Positions 25,876 to 38,423 of a stretch of 64,000 nt of DNA are shown here, piece by piece. The translations under genes and the position numbers were made by a program. Positions within the stretch are counted from its first letter, which is position 1, and every line of letters begins with the position of its first letter. The stretch is from Vermamoeba vermiformis (Eukaryota): positions 1-64,000 of the forward strand of contig JBEWZL010000084.1 in assembly GCA_045837725.1 (NCBI GenBank). The letters run 5' to 3'. The notes under the pieces are model-generated. The model was not told the origin of the DNA. It saw only the letters and a list, made by a program, of their open reading frames with translations, and did no database searches.

Positions 25876-27150
25876 TTACTTTGTATTAAAGTGCGGTGGA
25901 AAAAATGGCATTGGCTGAGTAGGCCACATGTGTCCAGTTGGTGGAGGCGCCGAATATGATGGGTAAGTGGCGCCATGAACAGACATCGGGACTGGCACGT
26001 ACTGATACGCTATTTTCGCAGTCAGAGGATCCATGCGATCGGTTTGTTGACTAGGAGCAGCCTTAGCAACTTTGATCTCTTCTTCAAGTTGCTTGACTCG
26101 ATCACGAGCTGCATTCGCAGCTTTCAGATTTTTCTGCGAAGTTTTCTGAGCTGCAGCCAGGTCAATATCGCGCACTTGTAACTGCGCTTGCAATTCAGAG
26201 ATTTCTTCAGCAGCAGCAGCAAGTTTGTCCTCGAGCACATGCTGCTCATGTCGTGCAGTCTTCAGCTCTTCACTTGCTTGGTGCAGTTGTTGCTTCGTGC
26301 GCTTTTTCAAGTCAGTGACCTTTTTCTTGAGCTCGTCAACTTTGCTGTGGTCTCTCTTTTGACGCTTGGGAGGGTTTTCTTCGACATCATCAAGCACTTC
26401 CACGGTTCGTCTCGCAGGAGTGGTGGACTTTGGTTTGACATCATCTTCATCAACTACGGTAACAGCTTTGCGTAGTTTACTTTGCACCACTGCCCACTCT
26501 TTATCAGCAGCCTCTCCTTGAATTTTGAACGACTTGATGTTCGCAATCACAAATTTGTTGTTCATGTAGAGCAAGAGCTTTGTTTGTCCATTAGTGGGGT
26601 ACCGAAGCACTGTAGCAATATACCCCACAACACCATTCATTACGCCTTTCAACTGTGGGCGATAAACAGTCGAAGTTTCTCGGCAGAACAAGCCATCAAC
26701 TCGGGTGAACAACTTCTTTTCGTACTGAACTGTTGGAAACACTGGGCTTGCACAGTACGTGTCGTAACAGCCAGTTGATCCAACTTGAAAAAGGCCGTTC
26801 AGATACTCCTCGTCAATTGACAACTGCTTCGGGGGTGCAATCGGCTTATCAACAGGATTGATGTCCCCACTAATGCTGTCTTCGTCCAGTTCTGGTATGT
26901 GTTAGTAATGAAAAACCGTCAAAACAGAACTTACCGTAGTAGTCAATCAAATTGTCAGGAAGCGGGGCTTTTGCTTCAAGTTGAAATTCTTTTATTTTGA
27001 GCATCATTCGCCTGGAAAGAACGTAAGGATAATAATAATAATAATCTGAGTTGCATACCCTGCACTGTGCGTAAAGATAGACCAGTCTGCGATTGAGAGC
27101 ATAGAGCCAACGTGTCGCGCAGCGACTTCGGTGGCACGTGACGGGAGCAT
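25876..27150 (-). CDS. Transposon accessory/cargo protein with coiled coil, NLS-like motif and Pro-rich tail (3 exons)
   Basis: Exons about 27150-27059, 27011-26935 and 26892-25876 join in frame; PPKRQKR; long heptad region; lies wholly inside the TIRs. Confidence 0.7.
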
Positions 27151-27779
27151 AGCAGCGAGTGTACAGCGATTATCTGCCAATTCTAGGCTGTTTTTAAGAG
27201 AAAAAAAAATTAGTTTTTACCCTCGCCACTACAATTTAACTGTATTAATTTTTTAACCGAAAATGTAATGAATTCAGCAAAAAATAGTGTATAAACACCG
27301 CCCAAAAGAGGGGCGATATGCGAATTATGATTCGAATCACACTGTGGCAACGGATTTGTGATTCGAATCACATCCGCTGCAACGGATTTTTGATAATTGC
27401 TCCAGCAGTTAAAATAATTGAAATTAAATCAAATTAGGTTTAGCTAACTGTCAATAACTGCAGTGAGAGCAGCAACGGTTTGTAAAACGAATCACAAAAC
27501 GAATCACAAATCCGGTGCCACGGATGTGATTCGTTTTGTGATTCATTCGCTCCGCAGTGTGCACAGCAGTAATAACAGTTAAAAAATATAAATTTTAAGT
27601 ATTTTAAATAATTTTCTGCTTACATTTGAACCATTTCAGTTTGCAAATCCATTTCATATAAGTTCACGAGCTGTAAAACTAGTGGTCCCTTCACCTTCTC
27701 GTTGAGTATTGATTTAATGCTAGTGCGATTCATATACAGTTGTGTTGTTTAAATAAGTAGTTTATTCGACTAAAAAATT

Positions 27780-30272
27780 ATGGAAACCACTACTCGTAAG
27801 AAACAGTAAAATTATCAACCCCACACTAACATACAAAATTCAGGCAAGTGGTGGATGCAGTCAAATACTTGCAAATTGGTTGCTTCTGCAGTTCGTAAGC
27901 GAGTAAATATTTTTTAAAAATTAATTAAGTGCAACGTTATAGGAACTCCTCCTGCAGCTACTGCAGCTACCATTAATGCGATTAAACGTACAGTACTCAA
28001 TTTATTACTGTTGTACTAATTGACCTGTAGGTGAGTTGATGGTTGATCGGTTAACTGCGAAGCAAAAAAATTCATACACACCAAAGGTGCGAAAGCTTCA
28101 CACTGAAGACGAGAAACGTCCTAAAAAAATTGCAAAGCTGGTTCATTCAGCTGCAGATGCACTACCGCAGTGCTGTAAAAAATTGAACTGCACGTCCAAA
28201 TTTGACGAAGACTCAATTTTAGCCGCTGGCTACCCGTATTTAGAACTGAGCGAAAGTGAAAGGTGCGTACAAGTCTAAAATTGCACAGTGTACTCATAGA
28301 CAACTAGGCTTCAGTACTTGATAACCTTGCTGTCAAGCTGTTTACGCAAAACTGGGCCTAACCAACGCTCGTGGAAGCTCGAATACGCATTTCGAGGAGT
28401 GCGTGTGTGCCGAAAGGGCTTCTCACTTTTGATGGGAGTGTCTGACACCAAGATTGACACAGCAATTAAGTCAGTGTTCAGTGAGTCAGCAGTAGCAGCG
28501 CCGCACCTTAATGCCATTCGAGAGTATTCTTCTCCATCAACATCAGCAGTTAATGTTTGGCTTCAACAGCTGCTTGGAGTGTTTGTCGATAAACAACCAG
28601 ACAAAGATGAATGGCACTGCCCAGTTGCAGTTAACAGAAGGCACCTTTGGGGAATGTTTCATGAAGAAAATGATCAAACTGCAGTTGCAAAGCACTCTTT
28701 CTATGGAGTACTTCACAAGAATTGGAGGTGGGTGAAATTCCCAAAAAATACTCGCCTTGGCAAGTGTGACACTTGTGTAGAGATCAAGGAGTAAGTCGTT
28801 GGTTCATCTTTATTGGTGCTTACATGACATAGGCAATTAAACAAGAGACAAGCTTCACAGTTGGACCTTAACAAAATTGTTGCCAAGCAAAAAGAACATC
28901 TTGCCCTGATGCAAGCTGAGCGCACACAATATGATGGGCGCAAGGTGCTGTCTCCATTGAAAATTTGGCAGCAAATGTGGGATGGATACAGTGGCATTCT
29001 ACTGCCTCACAAAAACTGGGCAAACATGCCCAAAAGTTGGCTTCGCCTTGCTCGACTGAGGTTGCATGTCTCAGGCTTGATCAATCACAACATCAAAGTC
29101 AAAACATTGTTCGTTTCAATTGCTGAACACTTCCCACATGACAGCAACTACAGCATTAACATTTTGGCTCATCATCTTCACTACGCATTAGCTGTCGAGC
29201 AGAAGCAACCACCTCCAGTGATGTTCTTTCAATCAGATAACTGTTGGAGGGAGAACAAAAACATCTACGTGTTTGGCTTCTTTGCTGTTTTGCTGTTGCA
29301 GAGATGGACCAAGGCAATTTACTTTGGTAATTTACCACAAGGACACACGCACACAGATATTGATCAACTCTGTGTACCGTTGGTACTAGCCTTGAAAACT
29401 TTTGATCTGCTGGATGGTACAAACAACCGAGTGAACCAACTAGTTGCTTCAGCATACTCAGATCCTCCTGCAGTTCAGTACATCCATAACATCAAGGATT
29501 ATCGATCATGGCTAGCACCATTCCTTCCTTTGTTGGAGGGTCACAGCACCCCACATCTGTTTCGATTTACTTTGAACAGTGATGGAGCAGTTGAAATGAT
29601 GTGGAAAGACTACTCTGTCACCAGTAAGTACAAAAGTTACTAAAGCACTGAAATTGACAACTAGTAGATGAAGAGTGGAAGGGAGACAAAAGCGGCAATC
29701 CAATAATTATCTTGCATCAACTTCCATCTGGAACTCCAAGCAACATTGCTCCTGCAGCACTTGATAGCAAACACATTACAGCCGTGCGAAAGACGTTTGA
29801 CCTGTTAGACCAAAATGCCAAACAATACTATGAGAGACTATTCTGTGGGGAGGAGGGGCAACACTCTGATGCTGCCTTGTGGCTCCTTCAGCACACTGGG
29901 CCTTACTCAGAAAATGACTACGAGTCACTACAATTTGCACCTCCTCAAAATCAAATTGAGTGGAAGTCAACCACTTCAATCTCTGTCACACGACAGGCAC
30001 TCAGTGTTCCTGCTGCTGTTCAAGTTGAAGAATTGTCGCAATCTGAGTCTAGTAGTGGAGCAGAAATTGGGGCCCCTGAAATTGATGTCGAAAGTGAAGA
30101 ACATCTCTCAAGTGAGGAGGATTATGATGCACCTATACTGATGCAGCCCACATCACGTGAATGGATATCAAAGCAGTTCCGTCTCACACAAGGTGACTTG
30201 GATCGAAAATCCCGACGCCGAACTAATCCCAACTATTCACAAGTAAATGAAGGTAGAAATAACAATAAGTAG
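27780..30272 (+). CDS. DDE-type transposase (DUF7869/Sola-like RNase H fold), multi-exon
   Basis: VRVCRKGF, FPKNTRLGKCDTC, MWDG, FFQSDNCWRENKN, LPQGHTHTDIDQ motifs; GT-AG introns. Confidence 0.85.
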
Positions 30273-31052
30273 CTAAAACTAACATTACAATACATTTTAA
30301 CCAAGTTCAGTACAAGTTGTGTACAACTTGCGTACAACTTCGTAAGAAAATAAATTTTTTTATTTTATCCAACAACACTTTGTTCGTAAGTCAGCATTCA
30401 ATTCACGTAATCATTTCCATCATACTAACGCTTTGATATCGATTTACTGTTAAAGTTAAAAATTCCAGAAATAGACACACTTTGTGAACAACAAAATTCA
30501 ATCAATTAATCCTTTTACCACCTTCTTCTTGCCGCTGATTAACCTCAAATTAATATACTCAGTCGACCAATGTTTGGCGGGCTCTCCCTGCAGCCAAAAT
30601 GCTACTTGTCAAAACACCGAAGGCTCCTTCAACTGCACTTGTAATCCTGGGTATTTCGGCGGTGGAATTGGAGTCGACGGATGTCAGCCCGTTCACGAAC
30701 CGATTGCAGAGGTAACTCCACAGAGTGCTGATTCTCCAGTATTGGGAGCCCCAAACACTCCAAACACACACACTCCTCAACAAACGATATTTTCTTCTTC
30801 CATTCGAATTGTATGTAATGCTTCATTAGTGGCATTGTTTATGTTAATGCTGGTTGTTGTAAACGCTTGTTGAAAAATTAAACCAGTACCGCCAATCCGA
30901 TGAACATGGCTTTTAAGTTAATATATTATTAAGGCTTGTTCGCCGTAGTTCGGCTAGTTTATTAACCGTGTACGAGTCCTAACGTCACTGGGCGAACTCC
31001 ACTAAAGTGAACAACGGCATTTCCGTACTCCATACGTATATTTATTACATTT

Positions 31053-32006
31053 CTACTCGTCCAACCAAGTAGCTATATATTTGCAGAAATACAGCATTGG
31101 ATGGTCAGCAGGTAATTCCTTAACAGCTCGTTGACAAAATCTTCTGTAAAATTGACGACGGATTTCGATCATTCGCTCGAGCATGGCGCGATCGACTTTA
31201 TGACCAACGACACTTTCGTACCCTTCTAATAGCCAGTTAGTATATTCTTCTACATTTGCATGCGGCACCGGCGAGCTGTCGATCGGGGATCCAGCTCCGT
31301 GAAGCACGACGATGGTCCAGATAGGCGAAGACAAGTCGTATTCAAACCACGATTTTTGCACTTGATCCCAATCGAACATGCACGGCAAACCAAGTTCTGC
31401 ATTCCAATAGAAGTTGCTCACATTGACATCACCGTGGATAAGTCCATAGCGCGACGGATCCGATCGCAGTTTTTGGTCCATTTCGCTTACTGGAATTTCT
31501 GCCAAAACACCATCGTGCAAGTCGGTCCATTCTCTTGCTCGCGCGATCCAATCCGGATGTTCTTTCGCAAATTGTCTGGTCAAGTTGTGAAATAGTCCAA
31601 TCCACTTGCCTAAGCCAACGACAATAGCTTTCTCTGTCATGAAGCGCCATTCGGTTAATACAATAGGTTCACCAGTAGCGAATTCGAACAACGTGACTAT
31701 CATCGATCCGCTGCGCACTAGTTTCTCGCCAGTCTTCTTACTAGCAATAGCACAACATACTGGGAGATTATTTTTACGTAAATAATCTAATAGAGCCATT
31801 TCTACTTCCATGCTGCTCGATCTTTTTTGTTCTGGATCTGGTGTCACGCGCACAACAAAGCGATGGTTGTCTGTTTCACCATGAGCCATATATGTATGGT
31901 TTTGAGACGCTTTTAAGCATTGGCCAAGCTTGACTCCCCAATGTTCGTATGCTGCACGTCCGATCTCTTCTTCATCGACAGGAATTGTTTCAAAAAGCTT
32001 GCTCAT
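31053..32006 (-). CDS. Aminoglycoside phosphotransferase / type II homoserine kinase-like protein, intronless
   Basis: SQNHTY...FVVRVT, YGLIHGDVNVSNF, MFDWD, WFEYDL APH-family motifs; 317 aa. Confidence 0.85.
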   Translation of the reverse strand: MSKLFETIPVDEEEIGRAAYEHWGVKLGQCLKASQNHTYMAHGETDNHRFVVRVTPDPEQKRSSSMEVEMALLDYLRKNNLPVCCAIASKKTGEKLVRSGSMIVTLFEFATGEPIVLTEWRFMTEKAIVVGLGKWIGLFHNLTRQFAKEHPDWIARAREWTDLHDGVLAEIPVSEMDQKLRSDPSRYGLIHGDVNVSNFYWNAELGLPCMFDWDQVQKSWFEYDLSSPIWTIVVLHGAGSPIDSSPVPHANVEEYTNWLLEGYESVVGHKVDRAMLERMIEIRRQFYRRFCQRAVKELPADHPMLYFCKYIATWLDE

Positions 32007-32258
32007 GATCTAAAAATTACGAATATAATTTTAGTATTAATGACAATAGTAAATAATGACGAAGAAAAAATCGTAAAATCAAAGTTAAAATCTCGTACTG
32101 AAAATTTAGCTTACCTGGGTAATTACAATGCCTCCAATGTGGTGTCGGTAATCAAGTAAGAGTAACAATAAACAGACACGCAAATTATTGTCGCGAAATT
32201 CAGCCAAATTTCTGCACAAGGAAAAAGTTGGTAACAGCAACTCCTGACTCCAGGTTTA

Positions 32259-34552
32259 TTAAAACAAGATATGCAACTCACCGAGTATTAAAAACACAGA
32301 ATATACAAGATAAACGCCCAAGAGGACGAATCCCCACTTGCGACTGATGAAAAATTTGGAGACCGAGATCACGACGATACTGGCTGCAAGACTGCCAACC
32401 AAGAATAGAGCTGTTATTGATATTAGCCAATATGCGTTACTGCGTATGTTTAGCGCGTACCAGTTAAATAGAATAAAGGCGTAGCCTCCACTGGATAGGT
32501 TTGCGGGTACTGCTTGATGCAGACAACAACGAACGACAAGCCCAAGCCGAACAACAAGTCTTAAACTCCGTGAGTTTTGTGCGTAACATATAGATATTGG
32601 TAGTACTTACTGAAGCAAGGCCCACCGTATGTAGCGGAAATAGCTAATTATTAATTGAAACATTAAAAATTAATAAATGTTAGTCACTTCGGAAATACCC
32701 ATTTGAGGTAGGCCTTGACGTGCCATCAACACATCAGCAACCATATCTCCGATAGAGTTACCCCAAGCGAGGACAGTAGCGCCGAGAATGATGCGAGATA
32801 CGTTCAAGATGTAACCGATGGATTGCAGGAATGAGACGAGTTCGTTCGCAATGATGTAGATCCAGAAGATTGACAACACGAATGCCCAGAATGTGAAGAT
32901 CTGTCACGGACATTAGCTACCGTTACATTGATAAATATTGCGTACAGCATAAGCCTTTGGTTTCTTGTCTACTTTGGTCAACAAAGCAATGATAAGACTG
33001 ATCACGAGTCCTCCAGCTGCGGTGAACGCTGCCACTGGCACTGCTTTGCCACCGATCATGACCTCCTCGGTCAAATATCCCAACACCCACTGCGAGAACA
33101 CAGGTGAGAAAACTCCAACAAACAGCGCAGTGTACCTAAAGGTAAGTTAGAAATAGGTCAGAGGACGGGGCCGTACTTGTTCCATTGACTCGACTGTGGA
33201 ATAGTCAATGCGAGCAACACTGCGACTGGCAAGGTGATGATATAGAATGCTTTGCTCGCGCCTGATTTCTCAGACCACTCTTGTTTCCAACTCTCGAAGC
33301 TGAAGCACTCCTCCTGGGGCTTCTCATCGTCGTCACCTGAGGCCATAGAGGAATCCTCACGGCTCTAAAAGAAAGTTAGCTATCTAGCTCCAATGTTATA
33401 TTTTTCTAGACTTACAAGCAAAGGAGCTTTTTCACCCTGTTCTTCGTTTACGAGTAAAATATCCTGTGGTCCTCCGCATTTGCAATAATTTACCGCAAGA
33501 GCGATTCCGACGTATCTGCTGGTGTGTTAATAATATATTGGCATTAACATGATACGTACGTAAAATAGTATCCCAAGAAGAGAATGCTCTCGAACAAATG
33601 AACGTTACCGTCCCACACAATAATAATTACTCCTACAACGCCAAATAAGTAGAAAATTGTATCTCTTAAGAACGACTTTCGGTCTAAGAACGCTTCAGAA
33701 GCGAAGCTGACGGCTGCAACTACGGCTGTTGTAACAAACAGACCAGCACCGAGCAGCTCTCCAATAGCTATATTGAAGGTGTTTGATGTCACGGCTGCAA
33801 ATGTCGATGAAACATCAGGAGCTCCATTGCCTAAAGCTAGGATAGTCAAGCCGTGAGGAGAGTTAAAGCAATAAAAAGTGGGTACAATTTAATCAACACG
33901 CAGTTAATCGAAAGGATATTGCCACATCAGGCGACATTCTCAAGTATTCTGCAATCGATGAAAGTGATGGACAGAAGTAATCGCCCGCTGCCGCACCAAG
34001 GCCGTAGAACATGATCAACAGCCAAACGATCTGCCGGTCCAGTCAGTATAAGATCTGGTCCCGTGTTTCGCCGTTTCGTTCTCAATAAAAAAGATATAAT
34101 TTGCAACTTACGAATATTATCCATGCAATCCATTTGATGTTAGGCATCGAGCAGTAATAGATCGTAAGATAATTGATGTACCCGTCAGGCGCGCAAGCAT
34201 TTTGTAAATAATTGCATCTTTCCTCGTCAGTTGTCAAGCTTTCAAAGCTACAAATGCGTGAGTTTTTATTTGGTAGGTGCATGCGTATTTTAATTAATTA
34301 ACTCTGGATGAACAGAAAAAAATCAGAACATACCCTGGGCAATCATCTTCACCATCGCTGTCTGTAGAATTATTGGATTCTTCAAATATAAATTGCCTTT
34401 GAATATCAACTGCATCCAATTTAGGATCAGGGTGCACATCGGTTGTAAATTGACCGAAGACCGTCTCCAAAAAAGGCTATAATCAACACTATAACCGCTC
34501 CTTTAATAGCCCAACGCAGCGGACTTTGATGTCTCGCTGTTGTCGCCTTCAT
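32259..34552 (-). CDS. Cation/Ca2+ exchanger (CCX/NCLX family), multi-exon
   Basis: alpha-1 TILALGNGAPDVSS and alpha-2 LGATVLAWGNSIGDMVAD repeats; many TM helices. Confidence 0.92.
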
Positions 34553-34742
34553 TATCGCGCAAAAAACGAAAACGGACAATTCAATCGAAAATTTCCATTA
34601 GGCGTGCATTAGTTGACCAGTAATTTAAGGTTGCGCCTATAAGATCAAGACCAGATGTGACGGAGGTTTGCGCAGATCTCGGGTCTCCGTTCTTCCGCGA
34701 GCGGCAAGTTTCGGTGATTTTCACTCTCATTGCAATTCCACA

Positions 34743-35734
34743 ATGGAGAAAGACACACACGAAGTACAAATGCAAGCGCTGAAAGCAATCGTCGTAGGAG
34801 GCACTGGTGCAATCGGAAAGGTACTAGAAAAGGATGAGCCGGGAGTAATGTGTTCTTATACTCAACATTTAGGAATTAGTAAAAGAACTCAGCGAGAACG
34901 AAAATTTCGTTAAAATCACTACTCTCGTCAGAAGAAAGCCTGAAACAGAAATAAGCGGTAAATACCATTTTCCTGAAGACTAAACGCTTTATAAGCACCC
35001 ACCATGCTTTTTACACGTCAACGTAAATGATGTCAATAATTTTTAATAATTTTTTGGTGCAGGCAAAGTCGAATCTATCGTCGTGGACTTCGACAACTTA
35101 GACGAGCATAAAGACGCTTTTAAAGACAAAGATGTCGCTTTTTGTTGCTTAGGAACAACAAGAAAAGACGCAGGCTCTGCCGTAAGTTATAATAATCAGA
35201 ACAATGGAACCTGCTGTTATTGATCTACTTCACTAGGCTGCCTTTAAGAAAGTCGACTACACCTACGTCACAAACTTCGCTCAATTGGCAAAGGACGGCG
35301 GTGTGAAAGATTTTCATCTTGTTTCGTCGGTAGGAGCCTCAAAGAACTCGTGGTTTTTGTATCCTAAAACCAAGGGCGAGGTACTACTTGTGTTACCGTA
35401 ATTTCCATTGTAAATCTAACTTCACCCAGACTGAGGATTACATCACCAAGCTAGAGTTCCCTACATTGACTATCTACCGCCCTGGCTTGCTGGATCGTGG
35501 TGATGCTACACGCAAGGTCGAGAAATTTGCCTGTACGTCCACCGATGTATTATGAGTTTCAATCATCTCCTGACCGATTTTTTAGCTTACTTCATGAAGA
35601 CTATGCCCGTAAATACTCACGCAAAAGCAATGATCATTCGTGCGTTGCAACCAAACAAGGAACAGAGCGCCATCTGGACCAACAAAGAGATCTTCAAGTC
35701 CGTCAAGACTTTAGCCGAGCAGCACAAACTATAA
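34743..35734 (+). CDS. HTATIP2: TIP30/HTATIP2 (Fmp52)-like NAD(P)-binding oxidoreductase
   Basis: IVVGGTGAIGK, FCCLGTTRKDAGSA, FKKVDY, LVSSVGA...FLYPKTKGE, IYRPGLL. Confidence 0.9.
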
Positions 35735-35906
35735 GCAATAAGTACACTACCCGGCTGCACTGCAACCCATGTAAATACTAAATCTTCTAAAAATAATTGG
35801 CCAACCAGGAGCGAGCTATAAATAATCTTTAAACATGCGCGCACGATTTTGTTTTTCGGTTGTATATTCAATTTACGTATGATTTGTAACAGCACTCCAT
35901 ATATAG

Positions 35907-37368
35907 ATGAGCACCCTAAATACAGGAGCCGAATGGATCTCCCTTAATGTCGGCGGAAAGATCTTCGTTACAACAAAACAAACTCTTTGCATTGGTATGC
36001 GTAGAATAATATTCCATATTTTTTTTGTTAATTTAAATTTGGAATTTGTTATTCTTTTTGAAATTTACTCGATCTTGCATTGCGTTCTTTATTAATTATT
36101 TATCTGTCAGACAAAGAATCGATGCTGGCGAGAATGTTTTCAGCGGAAGAGAATGGCTTATCCGCGGGAAGAAAAGACGCTAACAATTGTTACCTGATTG
36201 ATAGAAGCCCTAAATACTTTGTAAGTGTTGCACCCACGAGCCGATTATAGCGCTAACTGAGATATTAGGAACCTATTTTAAATTTCTTACGCACTGGAAA
36301 AGTCATAATTGATGAGGGAGTGAATATTGAAGGCGTCCTCGAAGAAGCTCATTTCTTTCAGATTAAAGGAATGATTGAACTACTATCTCAAATGCCTGAC
36401 TTCACGAGGTAATTTGTTAAGTGTACGCGCAATGCATTTACTGAGCACAACCACAGAAAAGAGGTCATCAAACACGCGAGGTGCAACCCAGCGATGCTGG
36501 AGAGAGTTCGATTGATTGGTGTGGACTTAAGCGACCTCAATTTGAACGGCATGTCCTTCGATCAATCGAATATTACCTGTGCAAATTTCACTGGGTCTAA
36601 CATAGAAGCCTCTACGTTCACCAAGGTACGTGCCTTCGCTGCTAACCATCACTTGCTAGCTAAAGTACGATTCAAGGTGAACGGAAACCACGCAATTTTC
36701 ACTGAAGTTTTCGGCATTAAGTCCTTTTTCAGGTACGATGTTAATGATGAAATGTAGCGCCATCTAATTTAGAGATAGAGAGTCGCAATTGCGATACATC
36801 AACTTTGAGCGAGCGATTCTCTCTGACTCGAACTTTTCTGGCTCTGATTTACGCGAGGCCAATTTCACAAAGGCCGATTGCAGTAGAGGTAAGTGTTATT
36901 ATCACAATTCAACACCGTGATGTCACTAATTGTATTGATCAGTGTTGTTCCAAAAAGCAAATTTATCAGGAATCAGCTTTCGGGGAGCAATACTACGAAC
37001 AGCTAAAATGCAAGAATCAAATCTAACAAACGTAAGTATGACGTTGCGTTGATAAGCGAGGCACTGACACTTGTCACAGGCTGACTTGCGTGAAGCTGAA
37101 CTCAAAGACTGTCATTTTACTTCGTGCGACCTTCGAGGTGCAAAGCTAGATTGGGTAAGATGAGTGATCACTCCAACCTTATTCTCAGACTTGCTTCCTA
37201 ACGCATTGTCAGGACCAAGTCACGCATGTCTATCACGCAAAAGTTACACGCAAAGAATGGGACGCCATTCCACTTCCTGTTGAACGAAAGAATGACCTCC
37301 GGCTATACATCGTAGAAGAGAATTTGCCGCAAGAGGAAAAAAAATTTTGTACTATTAGCCTCACCTGA
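35907..37368 (+). CDS. BTB (KCTD-type) + pentapeptide-repeat protein, KCTD9-like
   Basis: WISLNVGGKIFVTTKQTL...SMLARMF...YLIDRSPKYFEPILNFLRTG; A(D/N)L/F pentapeptide repeats. Confidence 0.85.
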
Positions 37369-37418
37369 GTCGATCTTAATAGTTAATGCACTATAATATG
37401 ATCGTACACTGTAAATAC

Positions 37419-38423
37419 TTAAGCGCACAAGTAACTGCGCGTCTGCTCTTTAATTACATCCAACGTTGAACTTTCGATCAATTCGTGGCTGTCCTTCACT
37501 TCGATTAACTTGGCTGCACTTAATTCCGCGACATACTTGCGGCTCATGTCGATAGGCACCTATGCGATAGTATTAAGAGTATTACCGATTTGAGTAATTT
37601 CTTACCGATTCGTCTTCAGTGCCGTGGATGACTAGGCATTGAACGTTGGAAGGTACCATGGGTACTGTTGGATATTGTTCAGAGTCTTCGATAAATTTGT
37701 ATGCCAAAGGAGTTAATTTGCGATTGTTGGCGAAATTAATGAAGTCCTGAAACAGAAGTAGGTAAGAAAGCTGAAACTCTCACGCGGCGTCAAGCATCCT
37801 CGAGTCAAACATACTTTAAAACCGGTAGTCCTCCACTGCTCCATGATTTCAGGTCCGTAACGAGTGCGCCATCGGCCCGGCACATCGAAAGCAGGACACA
37901 ACAACATGACGCGATCAACTTTCTGTTGAACAAGTTACGCTACATAATACAATGCCAATATAATTACCTCAGGGTTTCGCATAGCCCATAGTGCTACTAA
38001 ATACCCACCCAAGCTGAAACCAAACAGGTTAAAAGAGATCTCTCGGCGACAAGTGTCCAGTTACCTTGATCCCATCATTCTCCACTTAACTAATAATTAA
38101 TTGCAATTAATTATTAAATTATTAACTCGAAGCTTATTTAATCATAATAATCAGAATAATAATAAATATGGAGCTTTCACAGCTAAATAACTTTTCGTAC
38201 CATTAGGATTGTTTGCGCGTTGCGTAGCGTCCATTCTATCGATCACGCTTAATGCATTTGTGATGGTGAGTTCAGTGAACGAGGGATAATTACAGTCGGG
38301 CAATATTAATTCTAATCCGTTCAGCTCTTTCTTCATAAAATCGGCTAAAATGACGCCCTTTTTGGATTTAGGGCCTGACCCAAATCCGTGAATATAGCAA
38401 TAACGATAATTTGAGTCACTCAT
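37419..38423 (-). CDS. YqiA/YcfP (UPF0227) alpha/beta hydrolase
   Basis: YIHGFGSGPKSKKG; GSSLGG nucleophile motif across an intron; IHGTED; DSHEL. Confidence 0.85.

Larger units (their letters stand above)
25787..30382 (+). mobile_element. 4.6-kb DNA transposon with 62-bp TIRs and two divergent intron-containing genes
   Basis: TIRs 25787-25848 and 30321-30382 are 60/62 identical (CAAAGTGTTGTTGGATAAAAT...). TSD is TT, or GTTC if the ends are trimmed by 1 nt. AAGTTGT subterminal repeats. Confidence 0.95.
25127..30873 (+). pseudogene. Secreted/anchored cell-surface protein with EGF-like domain, disrupted by TIR transposon
   Basis: Signal peptide and beta-rich ectodomain to 25786. Removing 25787-30384 restores GGT TGC GTT C|gtaag...ag|TC GAC CAA TGT = [34 protein letters not shown] (EGF), then a P/T linker and hydrophobic C-terminus. 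Confidence 0.85.
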
